Of a stretch of DNA of 64,000 bases, positions 38,550 through 47,252 are shown piece after piece. The DNA comes from an uncultured Acidobacteriaceae bacterium. GTDB taxonomy: Bacteria > Acidobacteriota > Terriglobia > Terriglobales > Acidobacteriaceae. The notes beneath the pieces were generated by a model. The model made no database searches. It was not told the DNA's origin and worked only from the letters and a program-made list of their open reading frames with translations. A program made the position numbers and the translations under genes. Location: assembly GCA_963710965.1 (NCBI GenBank), contig CAVQCP010000038.1, forward strand, positions 47,157-111,156, read 5' to 3'. Numbering within the stretch: the first letter of the stretch is position 1; each line of letters starts with the position of its first letter.

Positions 38550-39536
38550 CTACTCAGGGCGATGGGGAAGGGCAAGCCAAAACTTGAAGCCGGGGAACAG
38601 TTTTGGCGCGGCCATGAAGAAGATCGCCGCCAGACCCGTGGCCAGCAGCAACCAGGTTCCGGGCTCGGGTACGGTTCCGGTTCCGGCGGCGCAGCCGGTC
38701 ACCTTCTTCTTGCCGCCAGTTCCGACTCCGCCCTTTTTCTTGGGCGCGCAGACTTCCTCGGTGGGCAGAGGCGGCGGAGAAAGCGGGATGAATCTTTCAC
38801 CGGAAATCGGATCGTACAAAACGAGCGGTCCCATCGGTCCCGCTCCCGGCACTTGCGGTCGCTGCAGCATGGCGGTTTGGAAGGTCACGGGAGGCGACTG
38901 AAATGCCGTGCCTTCTCCGTTACGCACCGGCTGGTCCATCTTCTCGGGGGTCGGCTCGTTGGGCGAAGCTTCCTGCTGCGGAGTTTCCTCCACCCGGTTG
39001 GCGCAGCGAGTGCGGGCCGTCATGCGGCCGTCTGTAATTATACTTTCACCCTTGTGCAAGGTGATGCGGTGACGGGTCCAGTAGATCTTGTTGCCGATGC
39101 GATACGAGATGTATGCGGTGCGATTTAAGGTAAGGCGAACCACCTGCGCGCGCGCATAGTCGAAGCCAGCGTAATGCGCGGCCACGATGGGGTCGTGCTC
39201 CGCCGCCCACTGCAATTCCTTGACGTTCTCCACGCCGCCCGGCACCACGGAATAGGGATACACCGGGCGCGAAGACTGCGCATGCGCCAGAATCTGATTG
39301 ACGGTGGCGACTTGTTCGTTATTCAGGTCGGAGAGCTGGATGAGGCGCGGCCCGGCATCTTTGGCGTGAAACCAGGAGGGGTTGAGATACTGCATCGCCA
39401 GAGCGGAGAAGCCGACGATCAGGATCAGCATCGCGGCAACCTTGAGCAATTTACGAATGAGCCGATTGCGGCGGTGACGACGGGTGGGCCGGCGCCTTCT
39501 CACGATGCGGGTCTTCCCGTTCTCAGGGTCAGACAC
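38550..39536 (-). CDS. hypothetical membrane-anchored protein with a PEP-CTERM-like C-terminus
   Basis: Arg-rich N-terminus plus a TM helix. The C-terminal VPEPGTWLLLATGLAAIFF lacks the usual RR(K) tail. GTG start with AGGAG upstream. Confidence 0.5.
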   Translation of the reverse strand: MSDPENGKTRIVRRRRPTRRHRRNRLIRKLLKVAAMLILIVGFSALAMQYLNPSWFHAKDAGPRLIQLSDLNNEQVATVNQILAHAQSSRPVYPYSVVPGGVENVKELQWAAEHDPIVAAHYAGFDYARAQVVRLTLNRTAYISYRIGNKIYWTRHRITLHKGESIITDGRMTARTRCANRVEETPQQEASPNEPTPEKMDQPVRNGEGTAFQSPPVTFQTAMLQRPQVPGAGPMGPLVLYDPISGERFIPLSPPPLPTEEVCAPKKKGGVGTGGKKKVTGCAAGTGTVPEPGTWLLLATGLAAIFFMAAPKLFPGFKFWLALPHRPE

Positions 39537-40044
39537 TGACTACTCCTACCTGCGGCGCCGTCGTGATCTTGCCTAATGCACCAGGCTCCGGGGATTCAAG
39601 ACACTTTGCCACGCAAAGATAGCCGCAGTTTGAGTGCCATCCATCTCGGGGCGAAACACACAAAACAAAGGAGTTTCGCTTCATTCTGCGGACCATCGTA
39701 GCAGAGTAGGTAATGGTTTGCACACAAAGTACTTGGGTATTTCCTCGAGGGTGCCCGAAACGGCACCGGTAGATCTCGCAATCGCGATTTCTTTAAGGAC
39801 AAATCCAAGGCCCCCGACCTTTGGAGGCCTCCTGCCGGTTACGGAAGTAACAGCACGCCGGGGCCATTTTACTCCGTTATCGCTGATGGTACTATCTCGC
39901 AGGTTACGGGAGTGATGTTGCTCCTGAACCGAATACCGTTCCTTCGCGGCGTCAGCTCTTCAAAGAAGATTCCCCCTGTTTGCTGGCCGATTCTCCCCCC
40001 GAATCGAAGGAAAGGTTCAAAAGAATATCGCTGGGAGGAATCAC

Positions 40045-40698
40045 ATGGGTCTGCACCGTTTTCACGTTGCTCTTATCGTCCTATTGTTCTCGCTGCTTCT
40101 GGCCAGTCCGGCCCTCGCCAACACGGTTCAACTGACCTATGTTCAAGGCACCGGCAGCGGCATCGGCGGGGGAGCCGTGTATCCCTATGCGTTCTATGTG
40201 AACAACAGCAGTAGCTACACGTATCTGCTGTGCGACGGCTATGACAATACGATCCGACAAGGGGAGACGTGGACCGCGACGGTTTCTCCGTTCCTGCAAG
40301 GGATTAAGACGAGCATGTTCGGTTCTGCGATGACCATGGACTACAAAGCCGCCGGCCTGATCTTCAAGGCAATGATGGCGGGGCAGATCAGCACGACCAA
40401 CGCCAGTTGGGCGATTTGGGGACTGTTCTCCACGAATGCACAGGGCACGTCGCAATTTGCGCTCACCGGCGGGGCTGCAACTGACGCCACCTATCTGGCG
40501 CTGGCGCAGACCGCTCCCAATAGTTCTTACAACGGATTGCTGCTCTACACGCCGGTGGCCGGCAGCCAGAGTTGGGGTGGAACGCCCCAGGAATTCATCG
40601 GATACAGCGCAGTCCCCGAGCCCAGCACGTGGATGTTCATGGGTACGGGTCTAGTAGGCCTGGGGGGAGCGGTTCGCCGCAAGTTGATGAAGGCATAA
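40045..40698 (+). CDS. PEP-CTERM sorting-domain protein (paralog of 11772..12428)
   Basis: Signal peptide and the C-terminus AVPEPSTWMFMGTGLVGLGGAVRRKLMKA. GGGAGGA lies before the ATG. Confidence 0.85.
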   Translation: MGLHRFHVALIVLLFSLLLASPALANTVQLTYVQGTGSGIGGGAVYPYAFYVNNSSSYTYLLCDGYDNTIRQGETWTATVSPFLQGIKTSMFGSAMTMDYKAAGLIFKAMMAGQISTTNASWAIWGLFSTNAQGTSQFALTGGAATDATYLALAQTAPNSSYNGLLLYTPVAGSQSWGGTPQEFIGYSAVPEPSTWMFMGTGLVGLGGAVRRKLMKA

Positions 40699-40734
40699 CT
40701 TTGCTGGCGATCTGCTTTGGACCATGTGAGCATA

Positions 40735-40770
40735 GAACCGCGTTGCTACCCGGCGGCGCGGTTTCTTTTG
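40735..40770 (+). terminator. probable rho-independent terminator after the PEP-CTERM gene 40045..40698
   Basis: AACCGCG...CGCGGTT stem followed by TCTTTTG. Confidence 0.6.
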
Positions 40771-40888
40771 GATGGCGAGTGTCCTCAATCTAGAGTTCGT
40801 GGATAAAAAGATCTCGAACTTGAAGACACGAAAGATTGCAGACGCAGGAACGCGGGCTATAAAGCCCGATTTTCAAAAGGGGCGTAGC

Positions 40889-40909
40889 GGCGCGGCTTGA
40901 AGCCGCGCC
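40889..40909. repeat. REP-like GC hairpin (family 3)
   Basis: GGCGCGGCT-TGA-AGCCGCGCC. Confidence 0.6.
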
Positions 40910-41220
40910 CTTTCAAAGCATCGCCACCTGACGAACGAATAATGAACGAACTTTAGCCTCATGACACTAGAACATCCGGGAAAGACTTGAGCGCGCGGCG
41001 TACTGGCGAGGGAAAAACTTCGGCGGGTCTTGACGATCTCTGCAACGGTTTGATTGGAAGGGGGCTGACTTACAAGTGGTCGTAAACTTTAGTGCTGACG
41101 ATGGCGGTGGGAGTGCATCACGAAGGTGGAAAGTTCTGATAGTCTGAGCTCACCTGGTGTGTTTTTTCGGGTTATTCTGTCCTTCGAAAAACTCACTTGC
41201 AGAATCGGGTTGCACACGAC

Positions 41221-41709
41221 ATGTCCAAGGTAATCGAACAGGAAGTATCTGTCCTGGCATCGGCCAAAAACGGGTTGGCGTACTTTACTGCCAATGATTG
41301 GGCGCTGATTGCCGACAAGGCCCGCCGCCGCCACTTTAAGAAGGGCGAACTCCTTGTGCAAAGGGGCAAGCGAGGCGAAGGCGTTTATCTGCTGCTGAAA
41401 GGTACGGCACGGGTGCAAATTCCGCATCCACCGGAGGGTCGAAGTATCGGGCCCGGGGAAATCTGTGGCGAGATGTCATTTCTGGAAGACAATGAGGCCA
41501 GCACCAGCGTAATTGCCGAGGGAGAGGTTGAAGCTTATTGCCTGGACCACGCCACGCTGGAGCATTTATTTGAACTCTTCCCTCACCTGGCTTCGCGCTT
41601 TTACCGGTCTTTGGCCACAGGTTTGTCGCGGCGTCTGCGGGAGTTGATCGGCGCGCCGTCAGGAACGCCTCTGGTGGGAACGGGGACGGGGCGCAAGCGT
41701 CCGATTTGA
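41221..41709 (+). CDS. stand-alone cyclic-nucleotide-binding-domain protein
   Basis: FKKGELLVQRG...VYLLLKG...GPGEICGEMSFL... beta-roll pattern. The start is uncertain (TTG 41197 or ATG 41221). Confidence 0.65.
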   Translation: MSKVIEQEVSVLASAKNGLAYFTANDWALIADKARRRHFKKGELLVQRGKRGEGVYLLLKGTARVQIPHPPEGRSIGPGEICGEMSFLEDNEASTSVIAEGEVEAYCLDHATLEHLFELFPHLASRFYRSLATGLSRRLRELIGAPSGTPLVGTGTGRKRPI

Positions 41710-41962
41710 GCTTCCTCCGCTCTGATCGGAGCCATCTTAGTCGCGCGCTTGAGCTAAGGCTTCTGCCTCGGTAATCTAGGGGTTTTGCTGTATCCACCAG
41801 GCCGAACTTAAGCGCCCATTCTCCAGCATTTCCTCCTGCATTTCCGGTCAAAACGCAAAAGGGCCGTATTAGTGTGCAGCACTTTGCAGTTTCAATTTGG
41901 AGCGATCACAGGGAATTCGGCATAACTTGCGTGTAATCATCATTTTATATTTAGTCCCTGTT

Positions 41963-41977
41963 TGGCACCCAGGGTGC
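41963..41977 (+). promoter_or_regulatory. candidate sigma-54 (-24/-12) promoter upstream of the PEP-CTERM gene 42072
   Basis: TGGCAC-CCAGG-GTGC compared with the consensus TGGCAC-N5-TTGC. The spacing is exact with one mismatch. It lies about 95 nt upstream of the ATG. Confidence 0.45.
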
Positions 41978-42071
41978 TCTTACAGGGTCGCGGGTTCGGG
42001 TTGACGCCGCCAGCGGAGGCCTGCAGTCTCCGAGACATCGCTCAGGTTCAAAGTTCAGGAGGGAAATAATT

Positions 42072-42686
42072 ATGAGGCGGATTGCTTTGTTGGCCATCTT
42101 GGCGTTGGCTTTGCCAGTCGCCGCGTTCGCAGGAAACATTGACTTCACTAATACCGGCGGCACTTTAGCGGGGACTTCCGCTGGTCTGACCCTTACGGGA
42201 TCAAGCCTGTCCGAGGTTGTCGGCTTCAACGGCGCTGGAAGCATCATCCAAGGCGGATTGGGCACGCTGAGCTTCTCGACGGGATCGATGATCAGTGGAA
42301 ATCTGGTTACCGGTGCCTCGTTCAACGGTGGCGGAAGCTTCGTCATTACGAGCAACGGTTTTGGTGGACTTCCGGTCGGCGTGCTTTTCAACGGCACCTT
42401 CAATGGTCCGGTATCTTGGACGGAAGATCTGAATTGCGGTCCGAACGGCTCGGTCTGCTATACGCTTGCAGGATCAATTACAGGTACCTGGTACAACGGG
42501 ACGACGGTAAATGGCGCGACCGTGCAGCTTACGTTTAACGCCGGGAAGAACGGCTTCACCGGATCTGTGCCGCTGGCCAGCGGCGACTCGGTGATCACGA
42601 CAGTTCCTGAGCCCGGCACTCTGGGCTTGCTGGGAACCGGTTTGGTTGGTCTGGCTGGATTGATTCGCAAGAAGCTGATGGTATAA
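42072..42686 (+). CDS. PEP-CTERM sorting-domain protein
   Basis: Signal peptide, a Gly/Thr-rich body, and the C-terminus VPEPGTLGLLGTGLVGLAGLIRKKLMV. AGGAGGG lies before the ATG. Confidence 0.85.
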   Translation: MRRIALLAILALALPVAAFAGNIDFTNTGGTLAGTSAGLTLTGSSLSEVVGFNGAGSIIQGGLGTLSFSTGSMISGNLVTGASFNGGGSFVITSNGFGGLPVGVLFNGTFNGPVSWTEDLNCGPNGSVCYTLAGSITGTWYNGTTVNGATVQLTFNAGKNGFTGSVPLASGDSVITTVPEPGTLGLLGTGLVGLAGLIRKKLMV

Positions 42687-42710
42687 CCTGATTCGCTTCC
42701 GCTTCATAAG

Positions 42711-42737
42711 GCCCCGCGCTTGCGCGGGGCTTTTTCG
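42711..42737 (+). terminator. rho-independent terminator after the PEP-CTERM gene
   Basis: GCCCCGCG-CTTG-CGCGGGGC followed by TTTTT. Confidence 0.85.
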
Positions 42738-42892
42738 TTGCTGGCTGCTTTGTCCACTCATCGCTGCTTTGTCCACGATCTTTGTCCGTTCAGCAACGAA
42801 TGCCTCGTTCGCAATTACTGCAGTAACGCTCTAGCCGGGATTACCGTTGACCCTCGCGGGTAACCATCCATAGATTCCTTGTAGGGGGTCTT

Positions 42893-43153
42893 ATGAAAGA
42901 TATTCACGAAGTCTTGCGGCAGAAGCAGACAAGATACGCCCAACTGGGAAAGCAAATTGAGATGCTTCAGCAAGCGGCGGAAAAGCTGCGCGAAGTGGCA
43001 CCTCTGCTGGCCGAGAACGACGACGAAGATAATGCCGTCCTGATGGAAGTCGACGAGGCTTCGCCCAACGCCGGAACCATGGCAGCAACGGCGGGTGCGG
43101 CAGGCTCTAGCACGGCAAAAGCGGCTCGACCCACTGCGCCGCGTTGGCCGTAA
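42893..43153 (+). CDS. small hypothetical protein (predicted coiled-coil N-terminus, acidic/Ala-rich tail)
   Basis: AGGGGG lies 5 nt before the ATG. No recognisable family. Confidence 0.4.
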   Translation: MKDIHEVLRQKQTRYAQLGKQIEMLQQAAEKLREVAPLLAENDDEDNAVLMEVDEASPNAGTMAATAGAAGSSTAKAARPTAPRWP

Positions 43154-43195
43154 TATCAGCCCCTAATCTCGCCCTAAGTGGGCGGGAATTTTGCT

Positions 43196-44380
43196 ATGAC
43201 CCTTCTGGCATTGCTAGTTACGAACGACGATGCGGCGGCGGACGTTCTGGGCCGCGTTCTACCGACGACTGGACTCGCGGTGGAGCGGCTCAGCGATTTC
43301 GCCACGGCACTGGATCGCCTGCAGCGGCAGAGATTCGACGCGCTGGTCATCGATTTCGGGGCGGATTTCGAAGACACGAAGTCGGCGGCGAAGCTACTGG
43401 ACGAAGCTCGTCAGCTGCATGCGGGAGTGCCGCTGGTCACGATCGCTTTAGTCGCAGATCATCGACAGACACGAGACATCCTGGGCAGCGGGGCGCATTT
43501 TGTCTTGTACAAGCCTCTCACCGACGAGCAGGCCAAAGCTGGCCTGCGCGCGGTGGTTGCTTTGTTGAACCGGGAACGTCGGCGCGCGCATCGCGTTCCG
43601 GTGCAGGCTCCGGTGGAGCTGTCTTTGCCCGATACACGCACGGCCGAGGGCATTCTGCTCGACCTTAGCGAAACCGGGATGGACGTTCTAACGGCGGAAG
43701 CGCAGGTACCGGGGGCTCTCCTCGATATCAGCTTTCAGCTGCCGGATGGTGGCCTGGAAGTGAAAACCCGTGGGCGAGTGGCCTGGGCGAATCCGAACGG
43801 CCAGAGCGGAGTTCGGTTCCAGGAATTGGAGGAATCGACCAAAGCGAAGCTTCACGTGTGGTTGCAGAGCGCCTCGGGAATCCATACCACCGCGGACGAA
43901 GGTGCGAGCCCGTGCAAGCTGACCGATCTGAGCCTGGGCGGCTGCTATGTGGAAAGCGATTCGCCGTTCCCGGAGAATGCGTTAGTCGACCTCTGTCTGC
44001 GAACCCAAGAGATTGCGGTTCACACGGAAGGTATTGTGCGAGTAAGTCATCCGGGTCACGGCATGGGAGTGGAGTTCCCTTCCCGCACGCCGGGACAACG
44101 CGCCCAGGTTGACAATTTGATAACTCTGCTGCGCAGCGGTCCGGACTCGACGCCGCAACTGAGTATTTCGCCGCGCGCGCTGAGCGCGGATCCGGGCGAA
44201 TTTCAAGCGGCGCCGGAATCGGCGAATGGCTTCAACGAAACGTTGAGCGGAGAAGATTTCTCCGCGGATGGGATGGACGATCCCCTGCTCGAACTGCTGC
44301 GCACCGGGTCGGCGATGCAACAGGAAGACTTCCTGGCCGAACTGCACCGCCAGCGGTCCGGCGAGAGCGTCAGCACGTAA
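43196..44380 (+). CDS. response-regulator receiver domain fused to two PilZ domains
   Basis: REC features: LLVTNDD, ALVIDF, LYKP. PilZ-1 has RRRAHR and DLSETG. PilZ-2 has DLSLGG but no RxxxR. Confidence 0.75.
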   Translation: MTLLALLVTNDDAAADVLGRVLPTTGLAVERLSDFATALDRLQRQRFDALVIDFGADFEDTKSAAKLLDEARQLHAGVPLVTIALVADHRQTRDILGSGAHFVLYKPLTDEQAKAGLRAVVALLNRERRRAHRVPVQAPVELSLPDTRTAEGILLDLSETGMDVLTAEAQVPGALLDISFQLPDGGLEVKTRGRVAWANPNGQSGVRFQELEESTKAKLHVWLQSASGIHTTADEGASPCKLTDLSLGGCYVESDSPFPENALVDLCLRTQEIAVHTEGIVRVSHPGHGMGVEFPSRTPGQRAQVDNLITLLRSGPDSTPQLSISPRALSADPGEFQAAPESANGFNETLSGEDFSADGMDDPLLELLRTGSAMQQEDFLAELHRQRSGESVST

Positions 44381-44831
44381 CTTGGTTGTCCAGCACGAGT
44401 AGCGCCTCACTCGCAGGCACGATCCTAATTCTCCCAACATAAACTCAGTTATAGCCAAAGCCTCTCGCGGCAGGTGGCTGGAAGTTTTTTTTGGACTGGC
44501 GCTAGGGCAGGAAAAAACTGCGGCGAAACGTGGCAGAGTTGGGCGAGAGGCGCGAGGCGAAAAACTTCCGGAGGGCTGGAACCCGTGCCCCGTCTATAGC
44601 ACGGGTTCTTCCACTCTCCGTGGTCTGTCCACCCCAATGAAAGTAAGGTAGCCGATCCGTGTTGCACAACGATTTCAGGGACATTAAAACTTGGTTAATT
44701 GCCGGTAGTTATGCACAGGCTGATTGCATCCGCCGGAAGTCTTTTTTCTGGGTGAGGCCTTCTATGCGGGGCGACGCCGGGCGGCTTCGGAGCCCGGGGG
44801 CTGACGTCTTGTGCGAAGATGGAGTGCGACG

Positions 44832-46481
44832 ATGCCGACCCGCGTTGCACGACCGCGCCAAACGAAAACGACGCGCAGCTTAAACTGGCGTCCTCTGGCA
44901 GCGATTGCGGCGGCGGCCTTCGCGGTAGAAATTCCTTTTTCTTTCCGCGGCCAGCCGTCAGGACACGACTTCGAATTCCATTTGTATTCCTGGCTGGAAG
45001 TTTTGTCGCAGTGGAAGCTGGGCATCGTATATCCGCGATGGGCTGCGCTGGCGAACTCCGGTTATGGCGAGCCTCGATTCATCTTTTATCCTCCGGCATC
45101 CTGGACTTTGGGCGCGGGGTTGAGCCGGATCTTTCCCTGGACGTTCGTCTCCGATATCTATATCTGGATCGCGCTGGTGGCGGCGGGGGCGTCGATGTTT
45201 CTGCTGGCGCGGAAATGGCTGGACCGGAGCGACGCGGCCTTCGCGGGCGTGCTGTACGCAGTGAATCCTTATCATATTGTGATCGTTTACTGGCGAAGCG
45301 CATTCGCGGAGTTGCTGGCCGCATCCTTGCTGCCCTTGCTGCTCTGGATGGTGTTGCGGGCTGAGGCGCAATCTAGACGCGGCATGCTTGCGCTGGGAGG
45401 ATTGCTGGCTTGCGCCTGGCTGACGAATGCTCCCGCCGCGGTTATGATCCATTATTCCTTGGCGCTCCTGGTGCTGGTGATGGCATGGCAGCAGAGATCG
45501 CCGCGCATTCCTCTCGTGGCTGGCGCTTCGGTGCTTCTGGGGGCGGCGCTGGCGGCATTTTATTTGCTGCCCGCCATCTTCGAACAAAGATGGGTCAACA
45601 TTGCGGAGGCAATTGGGGCGGGGTTGCGGCCGCAGGATAGTTTTCTCTTTGCGCAGAGCGGCGATCCCGACCACGATGCCTTCAATCGCATTATTTCCTG
45701 GGTCGCGGTGGCGGAGATCGGGGCGACACTTGGGGTAGCGTGGGCGGCGCGGACTTGGGGTAGCCGCAATCGAGGGCTCTGGTACCTGCTGGTAGTATGG
45801 GCGGCCGCGAGTTCGGCACTGATGCTCCCGATCACGAGTCCGCTGTGGAACATTCTTCCGAAGTTGCGTTTTATGCAATTCCCCTGGCGATGGATGCTTT
45901 GCCTCGGGGTTCCGTTCGCTTTGCTGATAGCGGTCCGCGTGCGCCGTTGGACCTTTCGCGCGGCCATTTACCTGGCGATGCTGGGCATCATTGTTTTCAC
46001 TGGCCATCACTATCAGCCACCGTGGTGGGATAATGCTGCCGACCTGCGCGAGATGCAGGACAACATGGCGACCGCCGCGGGGTATGAGGGCGTCGATGAA
46101 TACACGCCCCTGGGGGCCGATCCTTCGGCGGTCGATAAAACTGCGCGGCGTGTGACATTGGCGGGTCCGGCGCATGCGGCGATTCGAGTGTCCGAGTGGA
46201 AGCCGGAGCGTAAAACCTTCACCGCGGAGGCGTCGGCGCCGGATGAGCTGGTTTTGCAACTGTTCAATTATCCGGCGTGGCGCGTGGAAGTGAATGGACG
46301 GAGGGTGCAGGCAAAGGTGCGCGAAGGGACCGGCCAGATGGTTGTTCCCGTGGACGCGGGAGTGAACCGCGTGCAGATTGTTTTTATCCGCACCTGGGAT
46401 CGAAAAGTAGGGGCGTGGATCTCCGGCTTCGCGATTCTTCTGACTCTGATTTTGCTGCGGAAGTCAGGCTCGAAAGTCTAA
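44832..46481 (+). CDS. polytopic membrane protein, PTPS-related/COG5617-like (putative glycosyltransferase-fold)
   Basis: GHDFEFHLYSWLEV...YPRW...GYGEPRFIFYPP N-terminal signature followed by many TM helices. ATG at 44832. Confidence 0.55.
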   Translation: MPTRVARPRQTKTTRSLNWRPLAAIAAAAFAVEIPFSFRGQPSGHDFEFHLYSWLEVLSQWKLGIVYPRWAALANSGYGEPRFIFYPPASWTLGAGLSRIFPWTFVSDIYIWIALVAAGASMFLLARKWLDRSDAAFAGVLYAVNPYHIVIVYWRSAFAELLAASLLPLLLWMVLRAEAQSRRGMLALGGLLACAWLTNAPAAVMIHYSLALLVLVMAWQQRSPRIPLVAGASVLLGAALAAFYLLPAIFEQRWVNIAEAIGAGLRPQDSFLFAQSGDPDHDAFNRIISWVAVAEIGATLGVAWAARTWGSRNRGLWYLLVVWAAASSALMLPITSPLWNILPKLRFMQFPWRWMLCLGVPFALLIAVRVRRWTFRAAIYLAMLGIIVFTGHHYQPPWWDNAADLREMQDNMATAAGYEGVDEYTPLGADPSAVDKTARRVTLAGPAHAAIRVSEWKPERKTFTAEASAPDELVLQLFNYPAWRVEVNGRRVQAKVREGTGQMVVPVDAGVNRVQIVFIRTWDRKVGAWISGFAILLTLILLRKSGSKV

Positions 46482-47119
46482 TGCTCAGAATTCTGATCGC
46501 GACCTCGAATCCGGGCAAGCTGCGCGACTTCGCAGGCGCGGCTTTGCGGCACGGAGTGGAAATAGCGGCCCTGCCTGAATTCTCTTCCCTGCCGACCGTA
46601 GTCGAGGACGGGCTGACGTTCGAGGCCAACGCACGAAAGAAAGCCGAAGAATACAGCCAGTATGCGGCGGGAGAGATTGTGGTCGCCGACGATTCGGGAT
46701 TGGAAGTGGATGCGCTCGGAGGCGCGCCGGGGGTGCACTCGGCACGTTATGCCGCTCCGGAGTTGCTGAATCAAGAGCCGCACGAGGCGGGAGTGAATAC
46801 GGACGACGAGGCCAACAATGCGCGCGTGCTGCGGGAACTGCATGGGATTCCGCGGGAAAAGCGTACTGGGCGATTTGTCTGCGTGCTGGCGGCAGCTCGA
46901 GATGGCCAGACCCTGGCCACGTTTCGCGGAACGGCGGAGGGAATTATTCTTGATGCCCGGCGCGGCGGGAATGGATTCGGGTACGATCCGCTGTTTTATT
47001 TTCCGCAGATTCAGAAGACTTTCGCCGAATTAAACGCGGAAGAAAAATCGAAGTACAGCCACCGCGGCGCGGCGTTTCGAGAATTCTTAGCGTGGTGTGA
47101 TCAGCGCCAGAATCTGTGA
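46481..47119 (+). CDS. rdgB: non-canonical purine NTP pyrophosphatase (dITP/XTP)
   Basis: MLRILIATSNPGKLRDF, DDSGLEVDALGGAPGVHSARY, FGYDPLF, SHRG. The ATG overlaps the upstream TAA (TAATG). Confidence 0.9.
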   Translation: MLRILIATSNPGKLRDFAGAALRHGVEIAALPEFSSLPTVVEDGLTFEANARKKAEEYSQYAAGEIVVADDSGLEVDALGGAPGVHSARYAAPELLNQEPHEAGVNTDDEANNARVLRELHGIPREKRTGRFVCVLAAARDGQTLATFRGTAEGIILDARRGGNGFGYDPLFYFPQIQKTFAELNAEEKSKYSHRGAAFREFLAWCDQRQNL

Positions 47120-47252
47120 AGCTAGGAATGAAGTCCAAATTCGCATGGTTCGATTTCGGACACGCCTTCCTTGACTTCGCTTCTTGGCTGCGAGGATAAT
47201 AGGCAGTTCTTTTGTCGTTAGCGGACAAATCAGTACTCATAAGGAGCGATGC

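Noticed and set aside
39590-39650. A possible c-di-GMP-I (GEMM) riboswitch in the long leader of the PEP-CTERM gene, suggested by ACGCAAAG.
   Set aside because: Only the ACGCAAAG octamer matches. The GGCAAA/GAAAG P1a features and the paired helices are not evident. An Rfam/Infernal scan would be needed.
44958-46259. Long antisense ORFs opposite real genes. Examples: 44958..46259 (433 aa), 53525..54835 (436 aa), 10563..11468 (301 aa), 16990..17871 (293 aa), 61063..61845 (260 aa), 52157..52927 (256 aa) and 9292..9900.
   Set aside because: They are Arg/Pro/Gly/His-rich, low-complexity translations typical of the reverse strand of high-GC genes. In each case the opposite strand carries a recognisable family with clear motifs.
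46277-46480. N-terminal extensions in the ORF track for rdgB (46277), ribF (2535), mdh (60983), tatC (20867), M61 (38457) and sdhC (47184).
   Set aside because: The extensions overlap upstream genes or repeats. Internal starts give the family-typical N-termini, several with good Shine-Dalgarno spacing.
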